A DNA stretch of 64,000 nucleotides from an uncultured Candidatus Saccharibacteria bacterium (GCA_964387275.1 CAYLVW010000002.1:63286-127285); one strand, 5' to 3'. Positions 46,555 through 56,429 are shown, counted from the first letter of the stretch. Program-made: numbers and translations. Notes: generated from the letters alone by a model not told the origin.

Positions 46555-47967
46555 TTATCTTCTACCGCCCTTTTTTTCACCCATTATCATTGCTTCAACT
46601 TTTGAAGGAGCAGAATTCGCAAAATAGAAACCCATCATTAAAATAGCAGGTAACATTACGAGAGTTACCATACCCCCAGCTGTATAACCAAATATAGCAA
46701 CACCAAAGAAGTTATCTACCCCAGTCATTACCTGAACAAAAATATTCATCGCAATCAAAAACGTCATTGCCAAGACCCCAGTCATAGCAGGTAAGCTTAG
46801 CATGTAAACTGCCATCTGCTTAAACCAATCAATGGTCATATTATCATTTCCCGGTATAGCACCAATAACAAATATTATAGGGGAGGTTATTATAGCCACT
46901 ATCATTTTGACGTAAGTAAAACCAATTTTTACAGCAATCCAAAGCATCCCAACCAAAGCCATTACTGCAAGAATTATTGGAACAAGAAAGATAAAACCCA
47001 CAGTCATTAAACCTAAAGAAGCCCCAGTTAAAAAGAAATAGAATATAGGTAAAGGCCCTAGATGAGAAAATAGGTCTGCTGCCTGTTGTAAGGAAGGTGT
47101 GTCACCTCCAGTCACAGCCGCTGTCATGATAATAGGAACTATACTTACCATTAAGGATCTACCGATAGTGGTCATAGTGGCCCCAATAGGATAACTGAAA
47201 GTTATTAGTATAATGGCTATAATAATTCTTGGTATTGCAAATTGAACTGTTACGATTGTTTGCTGATCTATCTTTCTCCTATTCATTATCATAAAACCAA
47301 GCACTAACATCACTATCGCTAATAAGCCGTAAGAAATGTTTCTAAACAACTTCCATGTACCTAAAACCATAGAAAGGGCTACTTGGTTACCCGGATCTCC
47401 GTAGGTTTGAGCTAAGGCTTTACCAATAAAAGGCACGTGGGCAACGGTGTCGTTAGCGTAGTAAGCTAGATTTACAGGAACCAAATCTGTGTGGGTAGTG
47501 CTGTTCACAAAACCTACCAACCCAGCAAAACTACCACCAACAGTGGATTTTGGATCCACTAAAGCGTAGTTATCAACAAACGCTGATGATATGTAACCAG
47601 GCTTTAAAGAATTTGCCAAATTCTGACAAAACTCTGCATCATATGTATCTGCTGTAGAGGGATCTAAACTGACTAAAGAGGGATCTACATCGTGAATAGC
47701 TTGAGCGCACCCACAAATTTGATCTATATTACCACCAAAAAAAGCTGCGCTAGGAATCTCTTGTATAAGAGTGGTTGCAATATTCATGGTAGTTCGGGTT
47801 ATATCTAAGTTTCTGAATATATCTACAACATTTATGTAGGTGTTCTCTCTGCTGTTGCAAGTAGCAACAACCTGAGCAGAAACACTTGGAGTTAAGTACA
47901 AAGCGATGGAAGTGAAAAGCAGTGTGAATACAGAGTATTTAATTAGACTTATTCTCTCAGTTAACAT
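46555..47967 (-). CDS. VirB6/TrbL-like polytopic membrane protein (signal peptide, roughly 200-aa ectodomain, at least 5 TM)
   Basis: Assigned on topology only. It has a signal peptide MLTERISLIKYSVFTLLFTSIALYLTPSVSAQ and a Cys-containing ectodomain, followed by multiple TM helices. Confidence 0.4.
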   Translation of the reverse strand: MLTERISLIKYSVFTLLFTSIALYLTPSVSAQVVATCNSRENTYINVVDIFRNLDITRTTMNIATTLIQEIPSAAFFGGNIDQICGCAQAIHDVDPSLVSLDPSTADTYDAEFCQNLANSLKPGYISSAFVDNYALVDPKSTVGGSFAGLVGFVNSTTHTDLVPVNLAYYANDTVAHVPFIGKALAQTYGDPGNQVALSMVLGTWKLFRNISYGLLAIVMLVLGFMIMNRRKIDQQTIVTVQFAIPRIIIAIILITFSYPIGATMTTIGRSLMVSIVPIIMTAAVTGGDTPSLQQAADLFSHLGPLPIFYFFLTGASLGLMTVGFIFLVPIILAVMALVGMLWIAVKIGFTYVKMIVAIITSPIIFVIGAIPGNDNMTIDWFKQMAVYMLSLPAMTGVLAMTFLIAMNIFVQVMTGVDNFFGVAIFGYTAGGMVTLVMLPAILMMGFYFANSAPSKVEAMIMGEKKGGRR

Positions 47968-48034
47968 TCTGAGGAAATTTTACAATAAAAACAAAATATC
48001 AACAACAACCTACTTATATACTATAATTCAGGGT

Positions 48035-51000
48035 ATGGCACGTAATCCATTCTATACAGGATATATACCTGGTGATGAAAACGATCCACTATATAAAATA
48101 AGGCCTAAGAGAGTTAAGCCCGGTACTCCTGTAAATTTTGGGTTTAATTTTGAAACACAATTAGTGCAGGAGCTTGAACATGAAGCAGACATTCCAGCCA
48201 AAGTAAAAGAATACATTATAGACGCGGAGGTAGACGAAATTAAGTCAGCATTTAAGGTGTCGGCTGGCATAGGTAAGAAAAGCTCGCTATCAAACCAAAA
48301 ACTAAACGATATTCAAAGAACTGGCGAAGAACCAGAACTACCCGGAGCAATGGGTCTTAGTGTAAATCTAATTGATCTTGTAACTAATCCGCAAGAAACT
48401 GTAGCAAAAGTTCTAACCGAGGGCTGGAAAAACATCACCAGCTGGGAGGAATTTGATCAAAACCTATCGCACAGAGCATTTGCAAGAATTTTAATGGATA
48501 AAGATGCTCCAATTGATGAAGAGAACGGGCCAAATACAGGTAAAGAACTTGAGCCAAGGCTACCTCTACAAAAACTTGCAGAAGATACATATACAAGAGG
48601 AACAATAAATCTCTCTGGTATAGAACTTCCCGATTATTCAGACCAAGGACAAAAAAACCCACTACAAATGTGGAGTGATAATAAATCTGGCTTTAGAAGA
48701 GGTAGAGGTAGATTCTTTGAAATCAAATATAAAAATTATGATGGAGACGAAGTAACAGAGAAAGTTGGTATGGAAACAATGTATAAAGAAGTTGCGGATA
48801 AAGCTTCTAAATTTGTGATGACCTCAAAATCCGCTTCAAGTAGGGATAGTGCTTATGAAGACTACCTAGCAACTTTACAAAAGGTACTCACCAAAGAGCT
48901 TGATCAATGGGACGGAACTCTAACAGATGACATGAAGGAAAGGTTAAAAAAGGCTGCAGCCATAAATCCTGCCCTTGCAATACCTGAAGATAAGGTTGTA
49001 GAGGTATTAAAACAAGCACGAAGTAATTTTGTGAATAAAGGGGGCTTAATAAACGCTGTTAGGGATTTGGGTGGAGATGAAGATAGTGGTCTGGGAGGAC
49101 TATCATCCCAGCTAAGTAGGTTTGTAGTCGAAGGACGCACAGACAATACAGCCTCCGAGATGGAAAAAACCATAGCAGGAATAGGTAGTGCAATAAAAAC
49201 CAGTGAAAAAAAGATAGATACACTAAGAAACGCATTATCAGGAGAAGCACTAAGCACTTTCAATAAACAAATCAGACCGTATGAAGAGTTGTTAACACAA
49301 ATTAAAGGTACAGTTTTTGATGTTAAAGAAGGTGAAACTCTAGCAGTATTTAATGCAACTACAGCAAGCCCAAATGTAAGAAGATTATTAAATAATATCA
49401 AGTCTGGCGTAGCAGGCCTTGGGGATAAAGCAGATGCTACATCAATATTAACTACCATAAATTTTGTAACTAGTGGTGGATTAGACCCCACTAAAAGCCC
49501 TCTTACAAACGGTACAGTTGTAAATCAAAGTCTTTTATTTAAGTTGCAAAGAGATCTTATTGAAGGTGGGTTTGATAGAAGTATCGGCGCCAGAGAAATG
49601 GTACACCTTGATGACATTGGAGTATTAACAGACATAATGGGTGTTGAAGATGCAAACGCTTTGAAAGTCCTCACTAAAAGACTCCAAAATATGAGGGAGT
49701 GGGACGCGTTTAGAGAAGCACTACAAAACTTTGATGGAGGAAAGCTTTGGAGAAACTATTACTATGTAAAAAGAATTAGAGACAACCTTACAATTCTCAC
49801 ACCTTCTTATTGGGTTAACCACGCACTAAAACGGGTTCAGTACTTTGGATTTAAGATTGATGAGAAAAACTTGGCTAAAAGTCCTAAATTAATCCAATAT
49901 CTAATAACAGGGTCTCCTCTGAGTGCTTTATTTGTAAACAGATTTTCATTAAATATTACTTTTGTAGGTGCTGGTAAAACTAAAGTTAAGCTTGAGGGTG
50001 GAAAACACTTTAATGGAGTAACAAGCCTATACAGCTTATACAGCTCAGAAAAATTAAGCAAAGCAGAACTTAAAAGTTTCCTAAGTTTTATAGCCTTTGA
50101 TGCAAAAGCACTCTACAAAGATCCCGCAAAGAAAATAATGAATGCTGATTGGGTTGAGTGGCATAAGAAACTAACAGATGTTTTTAAAGATAAAGATAAA
50201 GCCCAAAAGTTTTTAGAAGATATACAAGGCTTCACAACTTGGTTACAAACTAAAGGAAAATCAATTGTTGGTGAAAAAGTGCTTAGAGACGCCGAAAATC
50301 TATTTAAACTTCTAGGAGCTTTGGTAAATCACGAAAGCAAGGCAGGCACTTCAAGCATCACAACGACTTTCCTGGGTGTAATAGATAAGGTAGCCATTCA
50401 ATTTAATAAAGTTCAGTCCTATTTGTTAAATAAATTTGGTAAGTGGCTTGCACCAATCAGCTACCTAAAACAAGCTATTGCAGAGGGTGTGACGGATGCA
50501 TTAATGGGCATACTTGCTGCGATCACAGGGGGTCTATCTGCCACTGCAACTCCTATAATAAAGTGGGTCCTACAATGGACCGTCGTTAAAACCCTAGATT
50601 TCTTCGAAAAAATAATACAAGGCATATCAAAAGGAGATTTATCCTTCATATTTAAGGGATACGAAAAAACCCTAACCAGAATATTCAAATATGTAATGTA
50701 CGCTTCTATTGTCCCGTTCACATGTATGCTTCTGGTTTTGTTTGTTTTTAATGTGTTGCTTTCTTCGATAAACCCGGTTAATGTGGCTAGAAACACCGTA
50801 AGTTCTGCGTTTTCATCTGTAACAGGTAGTTTTTTTACTGGAGCTGTAGGGGCGATTGTAGGAGCACTCTTTGATGGAGGAAGTGATGGGCATTATCTAT
50901 CTCAAAGAGATGCAGCATGGGCTACAGTACTTATAGGTGCCTCAGGACTTACTTTATATGAAGTTGGTTGTTTAATTGTTAGTGTTGCTATGGTGTATAG

Positions 51001-51322
51001 CTATTACGGTATAAATATCTCTCCAGTGGAAATAGCCCTAAATGCAGCCAATTTCGCTGGAAATAGTGCTTTACTATATATGCCTTCTATCGGTGGGCAT
51101 ACTTGGGCAACCGCTACATCAATTGCAGGTGAGATTGCAGCAGGAAACCCTGTAATTCTAGGGATAAACACAGGCCCTTGGGGTACTCATTTTGTAGTAG
51201 CTATAGGCATGGACTCAAATGGATGTCCTATAATACATGACCCCTGGATTGGCCCTGATAGAAATTACTGCACTGAGTACGGCAGTATGAGCAAAATATT
51301 TACTACAAGAGTACTAAGATAA
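48035..51322 (+). CDS. Giant (about 1096 aa) envelope protein: soluble N-region, multi-TM region, and a C-terminal C39-like (Peptidase_C39_2) papain-fold cysteine peptidase domain
   Basis: The C-terminal YEVGCLIVSVAMVYSYYGINISPVEIA...GTHFVVAIGMDSNGCPIIHDPW matches the C39_2 pattern (nGCeitSLAMvLnYYG...HavVvtGyd...vnDP). The start is trimmed to MARNPFYTG (ATG at 48035), with TATAAT 8 nt upstream. Confidence 0.5.
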   Translation: MARNPFYTGYIPGDENDPLYKIRPKRVKPGTPVNFGFNFETQLVQELEHEADIPAKVKEYIIDAEVDEIKSAFKVSAGIGKKSSLSNQKLNDIQRTGEEPELPGAMGLSVNLIDLVTNPQETVAKVLTEGWKNITSWEEFDQNLSHRAFARILMDKDAPIDEENGPNTGKELEPRLPLQKLAEDTYTRGTINLSGIELPDYSDQGQKNPLQMWSDNKSGFRRGRGRFFEIKYKNYDGDEVTEKVGMETMYKEVADKASKFVMTSKSASSRDSAYEDYLATLQKVLTKELDQWDGTLTDDMKERLKKAAAINPALAIPEDKVVEVLKQARSNFVNKGGLINAVRDLGGDEDSGLGGLSSQLSRFVVEGRTDNTASEMEKTIAGIGSAIKTSEKKIDTLRNALSGEALSTFNKQIRPYEELLTQIKGTVFDVKEGETLAVFNATTASPNVRRLLNNIKSGVAGLGDKADATSILTTINFVTSGGLDPTKSPLTNGTVVNQSLLFKLQRDLIEGGFDRSIGAREMVHLDDIGVLTDIMGVEDANALKVLTKRLQNMREWDAFREALQNFDGGKLWRNYYYVKRIRDNLTILTPSYWVNHALKRVQYFGFKIDEKNLAKSPKLIQYLITGSPLSALFVNRFSLNITFVGAGKTKVKLEGGKHFNGVTSLYSLYSSEKLSKAELKSFLSFIAFDAKALYKDPAKKIMNADWVEWHKKLTDVFKDKDKAQKFLEDIQGFTTWLQTKGKSIVGEKVLRDAENLFKLLGALVNHESKAGTSSITTTFLGVIDKVAIQFNKVQSYLLNKFGKWLAPISYLKQAIAEGVTDALMGILAAITGGLSATATPIIKWVLQWTVVKTLDFFEKIIQGISKGDLSFIFKGYEKTLTRIFKYVMYASIVPFTCMLLVLFVFNVLLSSINPVNVARNTVSSAFSSVTGSFFTGAVGAIVGALFDGGSDGHYLSQRDAAWATVLIGASGLTLYEVGCLIVSVAMVYSYYGINISPVEIALNAANFAGNSALLYMPSIGGHTWATATSIAGEIAAGNPVILGINTGPWGTHFVVAIGMDSNGCPIIHDPWIGPDRNYCTEYGSMSKIFTTRVLR

Positions 51323-51443
51323 GCCACTGCCCTAAACCAACCCTAAATAGGTATTACAGCCCAATTAAATAAACCTAAAAAAGACGTTAGTAAAGATGAT
51401 ATTAATAGGCATTAACTGGAGGGAGCCGGTTATTGGTACAGGG

Positions 51444-51920
51444 TTATAAAGTGATTCCAAAATTACTCAACAAATTAACCAGTGAGGCATAAAAAGTGTT
51501 AACTATACCTTGGGGGCTGGATGCATTTATACCGACCATGCCAGCAGCAATACCAACAATAGAGAAACTTCCCAACACAGCCAAAAAACCCAAGAAAGCA
51601 TAAAATATTGTATCTTTTGCTCCTTGAAATCCTTTTGGGTCACCTAAGGACTGAGACATTTTAATACCACCATATGCTGCCATAATTGCGAAAACAAGGC
51701 TTGAAGAATATAAAGCTATATTTACTACCCTAAGCAAAGGACAAATTATTGCGGCAATACTTGGGGGGTCAGCATCTCCACTACCCGAACCCCAATCGAC
51801 GATAGAAGGACATGAATATGGTGTGGGGCTCATCGGAACCGCATAAACATTAGGGGTCAAAAAAAAGAGTGAAACTAATAAAGTTAAACTTATTATAATT
51901 GGGTTAAAACGTTTTCTCAC
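51444..51920 (-). CDS. VirB2/TrbC-like pilin paralog 4 (signal peptide plus TM hairpin)
   Basis: Signal peptide, a Cys-containing spacer, TM1, the loop SQSLGDPKGFQGAKDT, then TM2. Confidence 0.45.
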   Translation of the reverse strand: MRKRFNPIIISLTLLVSLFFLTPNVYAVPMSPTPYSCPSIVDWGSGSGDADPPSIAAIICPLLRVVNIALYSSSLVFAIMAAYGGIKMSQSLGDPKGFQGAKDTIFYAFLGFLAVLGSFSIVGIAAGMVGINASSPQGIVNTFYASLVNLLSNFGITL

Positions 51921-51922
51921 TT

Positions 51923-52243
51923 TTAGAACTCTGTATTTAAATTAGTAATATTTGGGTCAGTAACACCAAGAGCTTGGGTTATGGTTAATCTTGCCCCAAT
52001 AACCACAAAAGAAATTAAAATAGCAAAAGCACCATAAACAACAGCGTTCCAAGCCTGCTGTACCCCTTTTGGATCCCCTTTACTCATAATATATAAGTAA
52101 CAGGCCCATGCCAAGTTAACAATCGCAGCGCCAAACCCTACTCCCGCTAGGATATTTAGACCTACAATCAAAAAGTCCCTAATAGAATCAGGGGCTGATG
52201 CTGGATAAAATTGAGTTGCTAAGTTGTCTATTACGTTGAACAT
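51923..52243 (-). CDS. VirB2/TrbC-like pilin paralog 3
   Basis: TM1 is LIVGLNILAGVGFGAAIVNLAWACYLYIM, the loop is SKGDPKGVQQAWN, and TM2 is AVVYGAFAILISFVVIGA. Confidence 0.45.
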   Translation of the reverse strand: MFNVIDNLATQFYPASAPDSIRDFLIVGLNILAGVGFGAAIVNLAWACYLYIMSKGDPKGVQQAWNAVVYGAFAILISFVVIGARLTITQALGVTDPNITNLNTEF

Positions 52244-52270
52244 TGTTTCGTGTTTCTACCGTCCCGATTT

Positions 52271-52295
52271 CTGGGCGGGCCGAAGGCCCGCCCAG
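52271..52295 (-). terminator. GC-rich hairpin (GGCCGAAGGCC core) between pilin paralogs 2 and 3, a putative intra-operon attenuator
   Basis: CTGGGCGGGCC-GAA-GGCCCGCCCAG lies between the 52310 stop and the 52243 start. Confidence 0.45.
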
Positions 52296-52309
52296 CTCCA
52301 AGAACAAAA

Positions 52310-52645
52310 TTAGAATATTGCGGATCCTCCCGGTCCTGTGGCATTTCCACCGATCAAACCTGGGATAATAGTCCTCAATACTGTGATAAAGAAAAGACCC
52401 ACGCCTCCTACTACGGCATAAGTAAGCCATTGTCTGGCTGCATCAGTAGCTTTAACTTCTCCCTTGGATGTAACATACTGTACAAAACCCAAAGCTAACA
52501 TAACGAAAACTAAAGCCCATCCTATACCGATAATGAGGTTAATTACCATAGCGAATACCTGAGGCAAACTGGATACGTTTGGTAATGGGTTGCTCAACGT
52601 GGTACTAACCGCGGTTTGAGCATAAACTCTTTGTAATAATTCCAT
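52310..52645 (-). CDS. VirB2/TrbC-like pilin paralog 2
   Basis: Long leader, TM1 FAMVINLIIGIGWALVFVMLALGFVQYV, loop TSKGEVKATDAARQW, TM2 LTYAVVGGVGLFFITVL. Confidence 0.45.
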   Translation of the reverse strand: MELLQRVYAQTAVSTTLSNPLPNVSSLPQVFAMVINLIIGIGWALVFVMLALGFVQYVTSKGEVKATDAARQWLTYAVVGGVGLFFITVLRTIIPGLIGGNATGPGGSAIF

Positions 52646-52674
52646 AATTGTTTAAAGTTGTTACACCTCCTCTT

Positions 52675-53190
52675 CTAAAGTAATGCTGTTATTATAACCC
52701 TTAATAATCCTGCAGACAACAAAATAAACAAAGTGCCCATAATTGCGGAGGACATCTCCTCTACAGCTTCTTTATACTTCTGTGGATTGCCTTCACTCAG
52801 TTTTATAGAATAACCGGCTTTAATTATAGAAAATATTGCATATCCTATAGCCAACGGAAACGCTACTGCATAAAGGTTCTCTATAACGGTATTAAAATTA
52901 AGGATTGTATACCACTCACTTGCTGTTCCAGTAGGTAAGGGCATTGGGGGAACAGGAGTAGGCGTAGGGGTAATTACTACACAAGTACACATCTCAGACC
53001 CGGGAGGGTTTTCAACACAGCGTATGGGATTACCACCCCCATCGGGAACCACACCGCCAATTAAGGAACCCTGACAAGGACCACAACTAGTAGGCAAGCA
53101 CAGCTGCGCAAAGACACTTGGAGTGAAAAACACTAAAGATGCCAAAAGAAAAAGGAAAAACACTGTTAAGTTTTGGTATAATCTCTTCAT
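52675..53190 (-). CDS. VirB2/TrbC-like pilin paralog 1 with a Cys/Pro-rich N-region
   Basis: Signal peptide, then CLPTSCGPCQG...CTCVVITPTPTPVP, a hydrophobic helix, the loop KLSEGNPQKYKEAVEEM, and a second helix. Confidence 0.4.
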   Translation of the reverse strand: MKRLYQNLTVFFLFLLASLVFFTPSVFAQLCLPTSCGPCQGSLIGGVVPDGGGNPIRCVENPPGSEMCTCVVITPTPTPVPPMPLPTGTASEWYTILNFNTVIENLYAVAFPLAIGYAIFSIIKAGYSIKLSEGNPQKYKEAVEEMSSAIMGTLFILLSAGLLRVIITALL

Positions 53191-53248
53191 AAGTATGACC
53201 TGCCAAAATTATCAAGCACCCCAAAATAAACGTCAAGGTTTATTGATA

Positions 53249-55072
53249 ATGACTTTGATGATTATAACAACGATTGTGGTAATTACCATACCTCCAATGA
53301 TTGTTTATGCTGAAGACGACCTTGAGGATATCCAAAAAGAGATTGAAGAAAAAGAAGAAGATTATGAATCTACATCCAAAAAACTAGACAGTATTAAAAG
53401 CCAAAAAGACAATATTGCCCAAAAGATAGCAAATCTATCAAGCCAACTTACTGTAACAGACTCCGAAATAAAAGATCTAGAAAATGATATACAAAAACTC
53501 CAGTCTGATTTAGAAGTTATTAATAAAAATCTGTTGGACAGCAACACAGCACTTCAGGATCGAATTGATCTTAGAAATAAGGTCATTAGAAATTACTCAA
53601 AAAGAAGCACCGAAAATTACCTGCAGATGTTTTTATTAAATGGAAATGGACTAAATGGTTTCCAATTTAATACCTTAACCTATATTTTTGATAAAACTTT
53701 TTCTGACGAAAGTATCCAGCTAATTCAAAGCATAAACGTAGAGATTGATAATTTCGAAAAGGATAAGAAAGAATCAGAAGAATTAAAAAAGCAAATTGAA
53801 GAACAAAAAACCAAACTTGTAAATGCAAAAAATGTGCTTCTTGCTCAAAAAAGCTCTGCACAGGGTGAATTAGATAACCTACAAAAACAGCAAAGTTCCT
53901 TCGAAAATGAGCTAGCAAAAATTAGTGCTACTCTAGACAATCTGAACAAAAAACAACAAGAGATTCTAAAAGAAAAGTATGGATCCGAACAAGAAACGGT
54001 GGGAGACAACGAAACAGACTACTCAGAACTACCTGATCCAAGCTTTTCACCAGCGTATGCTTTCTACACTTATGGCTACCCACATAGAGTTGGAATGAGT
54101 CAATACGGAGCTTACGGCAGGGCAAAAGCAGGGCAAAAGTATAAAGACATTCTAAAAGCCTATTTTAACAATGTAAGTGTTGAGGAGAAGTGGGACGATG
54201 ACGATAAAATACCTGTACAAGGTTACGGAAATATAAAAATGCGCGACTACCTATATGGAATTGCAGAAGTTCCGGAAAGTTGGGCTGATCATGGGGGTTA
54301 TGAAGCTTTGAAAGCTCAGGCAGTAGCGGCGAGAACGTATGCTCTTAACTATATTTATTACACTTATGACTCGAAATCTGGAACTATCAAAGAAAAATCC
54401 CCGGTATCAATTTGCACTACTCAAGCATGCCAAGTATACAATGGTGGCAAAAAAACTGGTACTTGGAAAAAAGCTGTAGATGAAACGGAAGGTGAGGTAA
54501 TAACCTATGGCGGTAAACCCATTACCTCTTGGTTCGCATCGACATCGGGTGGTTACACCCGAACAGCAGCTCAGGTGTGGGGTAGCACAAGACCATGGAC
54601 AAAAAACATGAAAGATGCTTCCTGCTCAGGAAACCTTTCGGACTGTGCTTATGAAGGACCTAAATATGGTAATTCTCCGTGGTTCTATAAAGCCTGGAAT
54701 TCAGGATATTCTGCAAAAAATGCCTGGATGAAAGAAGACGAGGTTCAAGATATTATTAACTCTTATCTACTTTGGGATGACGACAACGACTTGATAGACA
54801 AACTCTCACCACCTTCAAAAGACGGAGATGCCTGGGACAAGGAGGAAGTTATAGAGGAGCTAGAGGACAGAGATATTGATCCTGTAGGTAATATATCGTC
54901 AATAAAAGCTTATGACGATGGAAACGGATATACCACAAAAATTGTTGTTAAATCGTCAAATTACTCAAACCTAGAGCTTGATGGATACGATTTTAGAAAT
55001 ATTTTTAACCTAAGATCACGAGAAAGTCTTTATATCTATACATCATTCTTTAATATCAGGGTTGAGAATTAA
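53249..55072 (+). CDS. SpoIID/LytB-domain protein with an N-terminal TM and a long coiled coil
   Basis: GYPHRVGMSQYGAYGRA...AVAARTYALNY...ICTTQACQVYNGG...SWFASTSGGYT. The start is trimmed to MTLMIITT (ATG at 53249). Confidence 0.7.
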   Translation: MTLMIITTIVVITIPPMIVYAEDDLEDIQKEIEEKEEDYESTSKKLDSIKSQKDNIAQKIANLSSQLTVTDSEIKDLENDIQKLQSDLEVINKNLLDSNTALQDRIDLRNKVIRNYSKRSTENYLQMFLLNGNGLNGFQFNTLTYIFDKTFSDESIQLIQSINVEIDNFEKDKKESEELKKQIEEQKTKLVNAKNVLLAQKSSAQGELDNLQKQQSSFENELAKISATLDNLNKKQQEILKEKYGSEQETVGDNETDYSELPDPSFSPAYAFYTYGYPHRVGMSQYGAYGRAKAGQKYKDILKAYFNNVSVEEKWDDDDKIPVQGYGNIKMRDYLYGIAEVPESWADHGGYEALKAQAVAARTYALNYIYYTYDSKSGTIKEKSPVSICTTQACQVYNGGKKTGTWKKAVDETEGEVITYGGKPITSWFASTSGGYTRTAAQVWGSTRPWTKNMKDASCSGNLSDCAYEGPKYGNSPWFYKAWNSGYSAKNAWMKEDEVQDIINSYLLWDDDNDLIDKLSPPSKDGDAWDKEEVIEELEDRDIDPVGNISSIKAYDDGNGYTTKIVVKSSNYSNLELDGYDFRNIFNLRSRESLYIYTSFFNIRVEN

Positions 55073-55982
55073 TTGTCTTCTTGGTCTGTGTTAAAAACAC
55101 GCTTTTAGCAACATAAACAAAAGAAACGCCTAAAACAATTCCTAGCAAAATGTCTAACACATAGTGCTCGGCACCATATAAAACAGAAAAACAAATCCCA
55201 AGCGGGATTAGAAAAAAGAAACCAAATTTTTTACTAACATTCTTAAATAAATAAGTGACTTGAAAAACTGTCCAAGCTACATGGAAAGAAGGCAAAGCAG
55301 CAAACAAATTATCACTAAGTAAATATCTAACAAAACCATAACCAACTAAACTTGAGTTCAAACCTTCTGTGTAAAGAATTCTAGTAAAACCCAAAGACAA
55401 GGCATCGCTCACATACCATGGAGGTGCTGTAGGAATCAAATAAAAAAAGGCTAACCCAACAACCATTAAACATATAAACCTTATAACATAATCTCTAAAA
55501 TAATAATCTTTATAAACCCAAATCCCAAACGGTACTGCCAAAATCATAAAAAAATACATGTTGTACAAAATAGAAGATACATACAAAACAATGGGGTTTA
55601 TACCAACTAACTGCTGAATAAACATACCTGCCTTTACACCAAGTAAGTCATACTCAAAATTATGCACCAGAAATAGGGTCGCTGATTTAAATGGCGCTAT
55701 ATCATCAACCACCCCTCTTGCCCAGGCATATAATAAAATTGAGCTAATTAGAAACGCCCAGTCAGAAAGAAATCTTCCAATCGCTTTATGTTTAAAAACA
55801 GCAAGTACTACTAAAAACTGAAGCAGCATAGACTCGGGTGTAGCTCTTAGCAAAAACACATTAACTACAACTAGAAGAACAACCACTAAAGTAATGATTA
55901 ATTGCTTTAATAACTTAGGGGTTAACAGAGGACTCATCAGAAAATTATAAAGTAAAAGCGAACAGAAAACACTTGATATCAA
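55056..55982 (-). CDS. PAP2-superfamily (PAP2_3/Aur1-like) integral membrane protein
   Basis: PPWYVSD, LPSFHVAW and YGAEHYVLDIL correspond to PAP2 motifs C1, C2 and C3. It has about 8 TM helices. Confidence 0.5.
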   Translation of the reverse strand: MISSVFCSLLLYNFLMSPLLTPKLLKQLIITLVVVLLVVVNVFLLRATPESMLLQFLVVLAVFKHKAIGRFLSDWAFLISSILLYAWARGVVDDIAPFKSATLFLVHNFEYDLLGVKAGMFIQQLVGINPIVLYVSSILYNMYFFMILAVPFGIWVYKDYYFRDYVIRFICLMVVGLAFFYLIPTAPPWYVSDALSLGFTRILYTEGLNSSLVGYGFVRYLLSDNLFAALPSFHVAWTVFQVTYLFKNVSKKFGFFFLIPLGICFSVLYGAEHYVLDILLGIVLGVSFVYVAKSVFLTQTKKTINSQP

Positions 55983-55994
55983 AGTAGATAAAGT

Positions 55995-56429
55995 TTATTT
56001 AGGTAGTTTTAACCCAGAAACATCGTACTCAAAACACACCCTACCTGTACCATGAATTGTTGGATCTGGGTAAGCTCCATAATAATAGCTCTTATTATTA
56101 TCCTTACTTACCTCAGTTAGAAATACACCACATAATTGGTAGCTCTGTGTATCCAAAACAGAATAACCAACTTTATTTAGAGCTTCTTTCTCCAAACCGT
56201 ATAGATATTTACCGACAGCGTCCAATGTACTTGGTAGTACCTGATTATTAGAATAATAAGCGTCAATGGAGGAGGCGATACTACTTATGGAGTTTGAAAG
56301 AGTCAAATCATGTTCGGAATTCTTTACAGAGATAGGATTGCCCAAAAAGATAAAACCTAAAATCAAAACTGCAACAGTATATATAGTTAAAACAATAATA
56401 CCCAAGTAAAAGTTTTGTGTGCCTCTCAT
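55995..56429 (-). CDS. Hypothetical signal-anchored protein
   Basis: ORF with an N-terminal TM. It is 4 nt-coupled to the upstream gene. Confidence 0.4.
   Translation of the reverse strand: MRGTQNFYLGIIVLTIYTVAVLILGFIFLGNPISVKNSEHDLTLSNSISSIASSIDAYYSNNQVLPSTLDAVGKYLYGLEKEALNKVGYSVLDTQSYQLCGVFLTEVSKDNNKSYYYGAYPDPTIHGTGRVCFEYDVSGLKLPK

Noticed and set aside
51444-53190. Small tandem proteins as class II bacteriocins processed by the nearby C39-like domain
   Set aside because: There is no N-terminal double-glycine leader, and the C39_2-type domain is not the ABC-transporter bacteriocin-processing type. The two-helix hairpin topology fits pilins better.
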